Under the pieces are notes generated by a model that saw only the letters and a program-made list of their open reading frames with translations, made no database searches and was not told where the DNA came from. This document shows positions 1 through 8,770 of a DNA stretch of 32,000 bases, in pieces (the first letter of the stretch is position 1; the number at the start of each line of letters is the position of its first letter). This DNA is from an uncultured archaeon (GTDB lineage: Archaea; Asgardarchaeota; Lokiarchaeia; Sigyniarchaeales; Promethearchaeaceae), in contig CAYRPF010000001.1 in assembly GCA_964426185.1 (NCBI GenBank), positions 62,328 to 94,327 on the forward strand, in the 5' to 3' direction. A program made the translations under genes and the position numbers.

Positions 1-109
1 GGTGTCTATGCTTTCTTGTCAATATTGTGGTTTTTGATAAGTTTATGGATTTTTTTTATCAGGAAAAATAATAAAAATTAACAAAATAAAAAATAAGGCA
101 GAAAAATAT

Positions 110-1006
110 CTAAGCATTTCTGTAATTGAACTTCTTAACTTCTTCTAAGAGTACCACTGGATTATCGGTAAAAATTCCATCCACCTGCCAGTGAAGAAGC
201 CGTTGCATAGTCTTTCGGTCATTTATAGTCCAAACTTGAATCGCTATGCCAACATGGTGAGCAAACGCAATAAATTTTGGAGTAATCAAACGAACAATGT
301 AATATACCTCTGGAATTTGCAGCGCAAAATATGGCAATTCATTCTTAAAATACGTAAGTTGACGTTGTTTGAAACTAATCATTTCTGCTGAAAAATCGGT
401 AGATTTCTCGAAATTTCTCTTGGCAAATTTCTTAGCCTTCCTCCAAAATGAAAACACCTCCCTCGGTCCTGCAGAAGTTGCTATTTCGGGAGCTACTTTC
501 CTAAAAGCATTCACTTGAGCTTGATGAAAAGAGCCAACCATTACTCGTTCAGTGGCATTTAATTCTTGTAATTTCTGGGCTAAAAGCACTGGAGCTTTCT
601 TAATTTTATCCTTTATATCGATATTGAATCTGACATTGGGGAAAAGGGGAATTATTTCCTCGATAGCATGGATTTTCAATCCTTTGCCGCGAAAAGGGAA
701 CGTTTTTTCTCCATTTTTTTCTTGTGAAAATCTATATCCTGCATCCAGTTTTTTTAGCTCTTCTAAAGTATAATCTGAAACTTTGCCCGTGCCGTTTGTG
801 GTTCGATCCAACATGTTATCATGAAAGAAAACAAAATGCCCATCTTTTGTTAAATGAACATCGGTTTCTATGCAATCCACGCCAGCATTATATGCATCTT
901 CAAATGCGGGAAGTGTATTTTCGGGAATTAATGCACTTACACCGCGATGAGCCATTATCAGCGGGCGAGTATTTCTAATAAAAGGATGTTGGCTGTATTT
1001 CCACAT
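110..1006 (-). CDS. Glycerophosphodiester phosphodiesterase (GDPD/UgpQ family)
   Basis: AHRG, PENTLPAF, ETDVH..DG..HD..LDRTT, VWTIN and GIFTDNP motifs. Start moved to the ATG at 1006 (MWKYSQ) because the longer ORF overlaps the upstream gene. Confidence 0.92.
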   Translation of the reverse strand: MWKYSQHPFIRNTRPLIMAHRGVSALIPENTLPAFEDAYNAGVDCIETDVHLTKDGHFVFFHDNMLDRTTNGTGKVSDYTLEELKKLDAGYRFSQEKNGEKTFPFRGKGLKIHAIEEIIPLFPNVRFNIDIKDKIKKAPVLLAQKLQELNATERVMVGSFHQAQVNAFRKVAPEIATSAGPREVFSFWRKAKKFAKRNFEKSTDFSAEMISFKQRQLTYFKNELPYFALQIPEVYYIVRLITPKFIAFAHHVGIAIQVWTINDRKTMQRLLHWQVDGIFTDNPVVLLEEVKKFNYRNA

Positions 1007-1088
1007 TATGATAAGGAAATTATTATGATTCAAATTTCTTTTCTTTCTAACCCCTCCCTCTAGAAATGTTTGATATATCGTGCTTAAA

Positions 1089-1778
1089 TTAACTGGATGC
1101 CATAATTGAATCCATTTCTTGAAAATGTTTTGCCGTAGAGATTGCATCAATTGGTGGAACATAAAATGTTTCGTCTATTTCCTTTATCGAGCTGGATAAA
1201 TGTGCGGGTTTGGTTGTTTGAACGATTTCAGAGGGTTTTAATACTGAGCCGCAAAAAATTTGTTTAATTTCTTTTTGATAATCATTTTTCAAATTTCCCG
1301 TATCAGGTGCTTTGTAATTTAAAATTTTCAGGGGAGATCTTGGCGGTCCTTGGCGGGGTGTAGAAGAACTTGGCGGGGGCGTTAAGCCAACCGTTGGAGT
1401 TCCTGAAGGAACCATACCATAAATTTGCGGTTTCTGTAATGATTGTTTCAATAATGATTTTAAATACTGATTCTCCGCTTCCACCATAGTATCTAATTTC
1501 TGTTTAAGTTGATCATATTTCTGTTTAAGTTGATCATACTTCTCTTGAGTTAACAAGAGAAAATTTATCGTATAATTAAAGGAAATGGGTGAATTAGCAG
1601 ATAATAACAAGGATTTGCGCATTGCCCTCAGTTTTTTATAAACGGAATGAGAAACTCGTATGCTATGGAATGAAAAGGAGGTATTCTGCTTTTCCTTAGG
1701 AGGTGGAGATGAACTGAGTAATTTTTTTTGGATTAATGCCATAGCCGAATTAAATCGAAACATTCTTTTATTTTTCAT
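1089..1778 (-). CDS. Hypothetical protein: putative ribbon-helix-helix N-domain, coiled coil, Pro-rich linker, WH2-like segment
   Basis: 229-aa ORF with SIRVSHSVYKKLRAMR...SFNYTINFLL, (KYDQLKQ)x2, TPPPSSSTPRQGPPRSP and LKNDYQKEIKQIFCGSVLKP. Exact start uncertain. Confidence 0.6.
   Translation of the reverse strand: MKNKRMFRFNSAMALIQKKLLSSSPPPKEKQNTSFSFHSIRVSHSVYKKLRAMRKSLLLSANSPISFNYTINFLLLTQEKYDQLKQKYDQLKQKLDTMVEAENQYLKSLLKQSLQKPQIYGMVPSGTPTVGLTPPPSSSTPRQGPPRSPLKILNYKAPDTGNLKNDYQKEIKQIFCGSVLKPSEIVQTTKPAHLSSSIKEIDETFYVPPIDAISTAKHFQEMDSIMASS
1497..1538. repeat. Perfect 21-bp tandem duplication (2 copies) encoding one coiled-coil heptad
   Basis: tttctgtttaagttgatcata at 1497-1517 and 1518-1538. 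Confidence 0.95.
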
Positions 1779-2101
1779 GACCCAACGCGTTTTTTGGAAA
1801 ATGAATTTGTTTGCAAAATTGAAAAAACACCTCAGATATTTCTTAAAAAGATTTTCTTCTGGATGTTAGAGTCTTACAAGCATAGTTAGGATTATTGCGC
1901 AAAATTAATCAAATACATAGGTTGAATAAGATTTATCGGGAATATTTCAATTTTGCATTGACTAATATATATGTTTTCGGATGGTAAATTAATGTAATGA
2001 TTATAACATAGGATTAATTTATAAAATCTATGAAATAATTCTTTTTTTTTGCATTAACGCAAATATTCTTAGATTTAATCTCATGATAAGAGATTATTTT
2101 G

Positions 2102-2176
2102 ATTTTGCATTATTTGCAAAATTAAGAAAAGTTTAAATATATTAATTAGCTTATATTTTTTTGTAAGTTATTACAA
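2102..2176 (+). promoter_or_regulatory. Putative BRE/TATA promoter flanked by two inverted repeats
   Basis: ATTTTGCA-ttatt-TGCAAAAT (2102-2122), purine-rich AAGAAAAG then TTTAAATA (2132-2139), and TTGTAA-gtta-TTACAA (2161-2176). Confidence 0.5.
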
Positions 2177-2300
2177 GGGGCTTTTTTTTACTAACGCATC
2201 ATTCAGAAGCGATCGGATGAATTTCAGGAATTCTGCGGTACAACGAATCTTCTATATCTCAATTATGTTAAGATAAATTAACTAGGGGTCTTTAGGAAAA

Positions 2301-3722
2301 ATGGTTGAACAACTCATTCAAACACCAATAATGTCCACACTCGTCTACCGAGAAAAGTTGGACAAAATTACTTCAGTACTAAAATCACTGGCAAATGAAA
2401 AGCGGATAGACATTCTCATCTTGCTTGATGCCCAATCACCCATGGATTTTCAGTATATTAAGGATTCGTTGCAAATATCTAAAACGGCTTTAGCCAATCA
2501 CTTGAATATTTTAGAAAAAGAACATCTCATTCAGCGCGTGGCTCGTGGCGTGTATGAGATCACCTTAAAAGGTTCAACATTTTTGAGCTTAAACGCTTCA
2601 TTGGTCTTAGATATCGAGAAAAATTATGGAAGATACCATCAATCAAGTAGTTCGATTCATCGAGATAGATTTCATCAATATCACTCAATATCTTCTATTC
2701 AGGATAGCAATCCATATCTAAATTCAACACATTTTGAGATCATACCTGGAGATAATTCTTTTATTAGCGGATTAATCGCCATATGTGAAAGTAACGGCTT
2801 ACAAATAGATGGCGTCCTACTTTCAGCAGTAATCGGAATGTGCTTTATTAATTGCATATCTATCGAACAGGCTAACGTGTTTCATCAATATCAAAATGTA
2901 GTAAAACTTGATTTGTGCAGGAACTTGGAGTATATTGGGTTAAAATTTCTTACCTATTATGAAGAACGAGCTTTTCCATACTTATCCGAGGACTTTACTT
3001 TGGATGATTTTTCCAGAGCCAAGATTATTTTCAAGTTGATTAGGGAAGAATTAGATAAAACCCAAGGCCCACTCATGATATTTGGTATGAAAACCAACGG
3101 ATTTTCTTTAGTAATGGGTACTGAAGGAAATAATTACATTATCGGACAACTTGAACCTGGAAAAAAAATTTCCTACGTTAAATCTCGATTCGATGATTTT
3201 GATCGAATACCCTTCTTATGTGTAATTATTCCCAAGGAATTTGCAGTTAAATCTGGGAAAATTAAAATTGAATATTCAAAGATCTTCAATAATGCAGTTA
3301 AGCTAGCTTCCGGTGATTTTGAGGTTTCAGATGGCGAATACAATGGTGTTGCAATTTATAATGCATTTCAGTTGTTAATTAAGGAAATGGTAATATATGA
3401 TTCATCGCTGCAGAAAGAAAAGATGAGCCAATTTCGATCTCTAATTAAATACTACTTAGTTATGAAAAGTAACGCAACAATTTTTCTTCAAAATTTAGTA
3501 ACCGAGTTTCATCGAACTTCTCAAGAATTTCTAATTTCTTCAGCGGCTCAATTGTATCATAAAATTGCCGAGAACTTTCAAATTTTGTGGGAAGTGCTAG
3601 GGAATTTTCAAAAAGATACAAACGAATTTGATTTCGATCATTATAAGCAACTATTAGAAGATTCAAAAGAGCTCGAATTGAAAGCAATCAAATTCTTGAA
3701 AGATTGCACCTATTATTGGTAA
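2301..3722 (+). CDS. ArsR-type winged-helix regulator with large C-terminal (BtrH-like?) domain
   Basis: LKSLANEKRIDILILL...ISKTALANHLNILEKEHLIQR..RGVYEITLKG is an ArsR wHTH. The ~330-aa C-terminal domain is only tentatively assigned. Confidence 0.75.
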   Translation: MVEQLIQTPIMSTLVYREKLDKITSVLKSLANEKRIDILILLDAQSPMDFQYIKDSLQISKTALANHLNILEKEHLIQRVARGVYEITLKGSTFLSLNASLVLDIEKNYGRYHQSSSSIHRDRFHQYHSISSIQDSNPYLNSTHFEIIPGDNSFISGLIAICESNGLQIDGVLLSAVIGMCFINCISIEQANVFHQYQNVVKLDLCRNLEYIGLKFLTYYEERAFPYLSEDFTLDDFSRAKIIFKLIREELDKTQGPLMIFGMKTNGFSLVMGTEGNNYIIGQLEPGKKISYVKSRFDDFDRIPFLCVIIPKEFAVKSGKIKIEYSKIFNNAVKLASGDFEVSDGEYNGVAIYNAFQLLIKEMVIYDSSLQKEKMSQFRSLIKYYLVMKSNATIFLQNLVTEFHRTSQEFLISSAAQLYHKIAENFQILWEVLGNFQKDTNEFDFDHYKQLLEDSKELELKAIKFLKDCTYYW

Positions 3723-3850
3723 AAGAATTCTATGGAGGAAAATTGCGATTTTTTCTTATTTTTTTTACGCTTTTGTAAAGATGAACCAAAATAAATCAAA
3801 ACCGAAGTATTTTTTTTTGCAGCTTACAAAATAAAAATGAGGAGATTTAA

Positions 3851-4501
3851 GTGGAGGAAAAATCGATAAAAACCCATGAAATTTCAGAATCTACAGCACC
3901 ACAACCCTCCTCCTTAGATTCAAACTCAAATTCATCTTTATCTGAAGTAATTATTGTAAAAGATCCAGAATTAATGAATCTATTAAATCAAGAAGATATC
4001 CGGAAAATTCGCATGGGTTTAATTACCGGGGAAAAAACCTTTGAAGAACTTAGGAATGTCACTGGATTAAAAGATGATCCTCTTAAATCTTTACTTTTTA
4101 CTTTATTATCTAAAAATATCATTTTCTCTGAAGAAAAAACATTTCTTGATTCACAAACAACAAATATTTTTTATTATCTAAAAGCTAAAAAGTTCGTGTA
4201 TCAACAGAAGGAAAAACAAATATTTACCAATCCAGGTGTCATGGTTCATCTCGGCCATGAAAAAAAGCGACAATTGCTAAATTTAATGCAGTCTCAAGGT
4301 TGTACCATCATGGAATTGAGTAAGAAGATCAATATGAATCCTGGAACGGTCAAACGCCATTTATCTGATTTGATTCATACCCATTTGGTGACAATTGAAA
4401 AAGAAGAATTTAATGAACGTCGTATTTTACTGAAATATTATATCGTCGTGGCAAAAAAGATAATATTTCATTATGAATGGCCCTCTTCAAATTTTAAGTA
4501 A
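3851..4501 (+). CDS. Tandem winged-helix (ArsR-like) transcriptional regulator
   Basis: Two similar halves, each ending YY.(K/V)AKK(F/I). The second half has TIMELSKKINMNPGTVKRHLSDL. Confidence 0.8.
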   Translation: MEEKSIKTHEISESTAPQPSSLDSNSNSSLSEVIIVKDPELMNLLNQEDIRKIRMGLITGEKTFEELRNVTGLKDDPLKSLLFTLLSKNIIFSEEKTFLDSQTTNIFYYLKAKKFVYQQKEKQIFTNPGVMVHLGHEKKRQLLNLMQSQGCTIMELSKKINMNPGTVKRHLSDLIHTHLVTIEKEEFNERRILLKYYIVVAKKIIFHYEWPSSNFK

Positions 4502-5348
4502 GGAAAATTCTGAGAATTAACGAGTTAATTTTTAGTGAGTGTAATAAATCATATTGCCGAATTAAATAACTATACAAACTTTTGGAATAAGCTAAATAAC
4601 GATTCGCCTCAGGAAGTTTCTCCTTGATTATGTTATGCAGCTGAACCGTTATCATCACCAAAATGCGCTGCAAAATATCTTCTTCTAAATTATTGGGATT
4701 AAGATTTACAATATTCCACCCTAACTCATTATATTCCATTTTTCTTAATTCGGGATAGTCTTGGAATTCAGGCATATCTTGGAAATCTTGTAAAATATCT
4801 TCTATTTGCTTGTGAACTTGCTCAATTTCTTCGGGATTGAGAATTAAATAATAGTTGCTTAAAATTTCTGTCATTTGATTAAATATTTGCTGGAAAATTC
4901 CCAGCATATCAAACATTCTAGCTGTTCCTCCTGAAATGATTCTTTCTGCTTGTTTCCATTGGTCATGAAGTTCATCAATTACTTCGGCAAAATCGGCAAA
5001 ACGGCCTTGATCGATTAGGGTTTCTTCAAGTTCGTATGGTGTGATTTTATATTTATCCATAAACATTTGATATATTACTTCAAGACGTGATTTCATAATT
5101 TCGGGATTTTTATCTTTATCCCCAGCAGCAATTAAAAGTAAATCATTATTTGGATGATTTGAGTAGACCCAACTTAAACCAGCCATTAATATGGAGGAAA
5201 TACCATGAGATTGAAGTTCTACCTCCGAGAAAGAATTCAAAGCGGTCAATAATCCTGAAACTAAATCTGAATCTAGTTTCAACTCAGAATAACTCCGGTA
5301 AAAAAGTGCCGTTGAGTTGAACTTATTTATTATCCAGATGTAGTTCAT
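4494..5348 (-). CDS. Longin-like domain protein with helical C-terminus
   Basis: YIWIIN...LFYRSY....DSDLVSGLLTALNSF.......ISSILM is the Asgard longin/roadblock-type pattern. Start set at MNYIW (5348). Confidence 0.72.
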   Translation of the reverse strand: MNYIWIINKFNSTALFYRSYSELKLDSDLVSGLLTALNSFSEVELQSHGISSILMAGLSWVYSNHPNNDLLLIAAGDKDKNPEIMKSRLEVIYQMFMDKYKITPYELEETLIDQGRFADFAEVIDELHDQWKQAERIISGGTARMFDMLGIFQQIFNQMTEILSNYYLILNPEEIEQVHKQIEDILQDFQDMPEFQDYPELRKMEYNELGWNIVNLNPNNLEEDILQRILVMITVQLHNIIKEKLPEANRYLAYSKSLYSYLIRQYDLLHSLKINSLILRIFLT

Positions 5349-5606
5349 TGGAATTCTCCTCTGTAACAATTTTAAATTTTAATTGAATAATACATGAATT
5401 TTGATATTAAAGAATTTATTGTTGCATACCATACTAATTGCTCGAGTACATCTTTATATTGCATGGCAAAGACGTGAGGCAAATGCATCCCTAATTTTTT
5501 CCAGTTTTCGGAGATCTGTGTAAATCTTGATCTTTTTATTGGAAAGTTTCCATTTAATAAAGTAAAAATAGTTTTAACCGTTAAAGATCTATAGGTAACT
5601 AACACC

Positions 5607-6212
5607 ATGAAGCATAAAAAGAATCCGCGTTTAATTTATAAAATCGTGCTGGCAGGAGATGGTGGAGTAGGTAAAACCACACTTTTGCGTTCAAAACTCG
5701 CCAAACGTTTTATTCCAGTTGAAAAAATAACTATTGGGATAGATTTTGATTGTTATCAAATCACTAACTATGTTGATGAAGATGTTGATTTGCTCTGTTA
5801 TGATTTGGGGGCTCAGAAAAGATTTCATTTCATTCACTCTATTTTTATACCCGGTTCTAAAGCAGCTGTTGTAATCTATGATTTAACCCGCCCCGAAACC
5901 GTTGATAATCTGCCTTATTGGATTAATCTGGTGCAAACTGAGTATGAGTCTATTCCAATTGTGTTAGCAGGTTCAAAAAGGGATTTGGTCGATCGTAAAA
6001 CTATGAATGCGGTGAACGAGAAAATTGGAGCGATACTAAGCATATTACCATCCTATACGAATATTGTTGATCATGTAATGTATTCTGCCCATTCTTTAGG
6101 GGAATGCAATCAAGTTTTCATGGAAGTCCAAAAATTAGCAGTAACTTGGAAAAATCAAATGCTGGCTCCTTCAATTGGTTCTATCGATCGCTTGCAACCC
6201 ACTTCTTCCTAA
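5607..6212 (+). CDS. Ras-superfamily (Rab-like) small GTPase
   Basis: G1 GDGGVGKT, G2 TIGIDF, G3 DLGAQ, G4 SKRD, G5 SAH. No C-terminal prenylation cysteines. Confidence 0.9.
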   Translation: MKHKKNPRLIYKIVLAGDGGVGKTTLLRSKLAKRFIPVEKITIGIDFDCYQITNYVDEDVDLLCYDLGAQKRFHFIHSIFIPGSKAAVVIYDLTRPETVDNLPYWINLVQTEYESIPIVLAGSKRDLVDRKTMNAVNEKIGAILSILPSYTNIVDHVMYSAHSLGECNQVFMEVQKLAVTWKNQMLAPSIGSIDRLQPTSS

Positions 6213-6280
6213 ACCAGGTTTTTTTATCTTTTTCTCCTTTATAATCGTAAATTCCATTAATGATCTCCTAATAGATCAGC

Positions 6281-7714
6281 TTGAGAATTTTGATTGATGT
6301 GTGTTTGTTTAATTGGGAAACGGAATTAGATAACCCTCAGCGTCGCAGTATTTTCATGCAGTCCGCAAGATACCGAAATGGCATATTGGATTATGTTGAT
6401 TTACCTCTTAGAGAACCTCCCACCGGGCTAATGCTTTTGGCTGCAGTGTTAGAATCAAAGGGGTATTCCGTGGAAATTGTAGATGCTACTTTATTGGAAA
6501 ATGTTGATGATTTTTTAGAAAATAACTTGCAGAAATTTCGAGTGATAGGATTCACGGGATTAACAAATACGTTTCCCTTCATTGAGAAAATTATTCAAAG
6601 AACTAATCAAATTAACCCGGAAATTTACATAATTCTGGGTGGTCCGCATGCTTCATTCCAATATGAAGAAATCTTGCAATCTTTACCCGAAGTGGACTTA
6701 ATTTGTATCGGAGAGGCGGAAAACACATTTCCTTGGGTAGTTGAGCGCCTACTCCATCGTCCCGCCATTGATTTTCTATATGATGCTCAAAGTGAGTCTT
6801 TGGAACACACCTTTAAATCCCGTAATCAAATTAATGCAATTTTGACTGCTACAGATGATATTCTTGCTGGTGTGGCTTATCGAAATGCCCAATCAGAGAT
6901 TATTTATACTGGTTTTCCTCTTACACCAGAACTTATCACCCTTCCTCTTCCCGCTAGGCATTTAATATCCAGAATTTATTCTGTGGCTGATATTTTGGTA
7001 AATAGAGGTTGCCCCAATAGATGCAGTTTCTGTTCGAGAACCAGATTATTTCCTAAAATGCGTTTAAGATCATTAGAATCGGTATTAGAAGAATTGGATT
7101 ATGTGCTTTCATGCGGAAACTATCGATTTATTAATTTTTATGATAACATCAACATAAAAACGGCATATTTTGAACGTTTTCTCAAAGAGTTAATTGCCCG
7201 CCCACATATGCTTCCTTGGGGTGCCGAATTACGATCAGATGTTATTAGTTTAGAGCAAGCTGATTTATTAAAACAAGCAAATTGCCAAGTAGTGGCAACT
7301 GGGATAGAATCGGCATCTGATATCGTGTTAAAGACCAATTTTAAATTTCAAAATCTGAAAGCAGTCCGGAATGGAATTGAAAATTTAAAAAGTGCTGAAA
7401 TTGCGGTTCAAGCGTATTTTGTCATTGGATTACCTGGAGATACTCCCCAAGAATTTGCCAAAACGTTATCCTTTTTAGAATCTCTTCCGTTGCAGCCCGG
7501 AGTGGATAAAGTTAATTTTTTTGTAGCGACTCCCTATCCCGGTTGTGATCTACGGATGAATCCCGAAAAATATCATATATCATTATTAGATAAGCCTTAT
7601 ACTACATATAATTGCCGGGAAATTCAGCTAACGACTGATAATTTGGGAGTATCTGATATCAAAAAAATGATTAAGCAAGCAAAACAGCTAAAAAAGAAAT
7701 TGGGTTTAAATTAA
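6281..7714 (+). CDS. Cobalamin-binding radical SAM protein
   Basis: PPTGLMLLAAVL, GGPHAS (B12-binding domain), RGCPNRCSFC (CxxxCxxC), GIESAS, GLPGDT, PYPGC. Confidence 0.9.
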   Translation: MRILIDVCLFNWETELDNPQRRSIFMQSARYRNGILDYVDLPLREPPTGLMLLAAVLESKGYSVEIVDATLLENVDDFLENNLQKFRVIGFTGLTNTFPFIEKIIQRTNQINPEIYIILGGPHASFQYEEILQSLPEVDLICIGEAENTFPWVVERLLHRPAIDFLYDAQSESLEHTFKSRNQINAILTATDDILAGVAYRNAQSEIIYTGFPLTPELITLPLPARHLISRIYSVADILVNRGCPNRCSFCSRTRLFPKMRLRSLESVLEELDYVLSCGNYRFINFYDNINIKTAYFERFLKELIARPHMLPWGAELRSDVISLEQADLLKQANCQVVATGIESASDIVLKTNFKFQNLKAVRNGIENLKSAEIAVQAYFVIGLPGDTPQEFAKTLSFLESLPLQPGVDKVNFFVATPYPGCDLRMNPEKYHISLLDKPYTTYNCREIQLTTDNLGVSDIKKMIKQAKQLKKKLGLN

Positions 7715-8134
7715 GCTACGTGCATCTTTTTGCAACTGCTGATAGAAATTATGGGCTTTAGAAATTAATTCTTCATTCGGTGAAATTTGGTCAAAATTCA
7801 AAGGAAATTGCGTTCTAAATTGTTGAACATGCGACTTTAAAAACAAATCTCGTTTTTCTTGAGGTATTTGATAAAAATCGCGATGAGAATCAAATCCCAA
7901 TTCATTGAAATCCATTAATGTACTATTTAAATGGCTGGTCCAAGGAATTTTTAAAATGAATCCGCTTTTCCACACGATTTCTTCAATATTTTCTTCTTGA
8001 TCTCTGGATAATTCTGAATCTTGATATATTTCTAAACTGCGTAGTATTCGTCGTAATCGCTCGATGTGATAATAGTACTCATAGGGATCCAGATTATCTA
8101 TGGCGATTTTATGCTCTACAACTTCCATTTCCAT
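7706..8134 (-). CDS. Hypothetical protein
   Basis: 142-aa ORF filling the gap between neighbours; no recognised motif. Confidence 0.6.
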   Translation of the reverse strand: MEMEVVEHKIAIDNLDPYEYYYHIERLRRILRSLEIYQDSELSRDQEENIEEIVWKSGFILKIPWTSHLNSTLMDFNELGFDSHRDFYQIPQEKRDLFLKSHVQQFRTQFPLNFDQISPNEELISKAHNFYQQLQKDARSLI

Positions 8135-8221
8135 TATATTTCACTAACATACAAAAAATTCTAAAAATATTTAAAGTATTTGTCATATAATATTCCAATA
8201 AGGAATATATGATGATCAACA

Positions 8222-8770
8222 ATGGAAATTCCAAAATTATCGAATATACGCCTTTTTCGGAAGCAAATTGGCTGGACTCAGAAACAGCTTGCTGATGCAG
8301 TGAATGTTGGACAATCTTATATCGCTAAAATCGAAGCTGGGAAACAAGATCCTTCCTATTCCGTTTTAAGCCGTATTTTTGAAGTCATTCGAGAAGAGAT
8401 GCAAAGACAGGAAAAATCACCGATTATAGTAAAGAGTGTAGCTACTCCTTGGGAAAATCTGCGTTATGTATCTCCTAAGGATACGCTTGGGGATGTAAAA
8501 TCGATCATAGGAGATGTTGATCAAATTCCAGTTATCGAGAAACCAAGACGTTGTGTGGGAAGCATCAGTTCTCGATTGTTAATTCGGCTGCTCTCGAATA
8601 ACACCCCTGAATCAACACAAGTCAAAGATTTTATGGAGCCTCCCCTTCCCACATTTAGTGAAACCACTTCAATTAAACAGATTAGAGATGTACTTCGTTA
8701 TATTGATGCAGCTTTGATTGTAGATAAAGATCAAATCTGTGGAATTGTCACGCGTTCTGATGTTTTTTAA
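8222..8770 (+). CDS. XRE/Cro-type HTH + CBS-pair transcriptional regulator
   Basis: RKQIGWTQKQLADAVNVGQSYIAKIEAGKQDPS followed by CBS motifs QIPVIE..VGSIS and GIVTRSDV. Confidence 0.9.
   Translation: MEIPKLSNIRLFRKQIGWTQKQLADAVNVGQSYIAKIEAGKQDPSYSVLSRIFEVIREEMQRQEKSPIIVKSVATPWENLRYVSPKDTLGDVKSIIGDVDQIPVIEKPRRCVGSISSRLLIRLLSNNTPESTQVKDFMEPPLPTFSETTSIKQIRDVLRYIDAALIVDKDQICGIVTRSDVF

Noticed and set aside
1007-1162. 52-aa N-terminal extension of the GDPD ORF
   Set aside because: It overlaps the upstream gene's 3' end and an AT-rich intergenic stretch; the domain begins shortly after Met53.
5372-5608. 78-aa ORF between the longin and GTPase genes
   Set aside because: It occupies the divergent promoter region and has no recognisable features.
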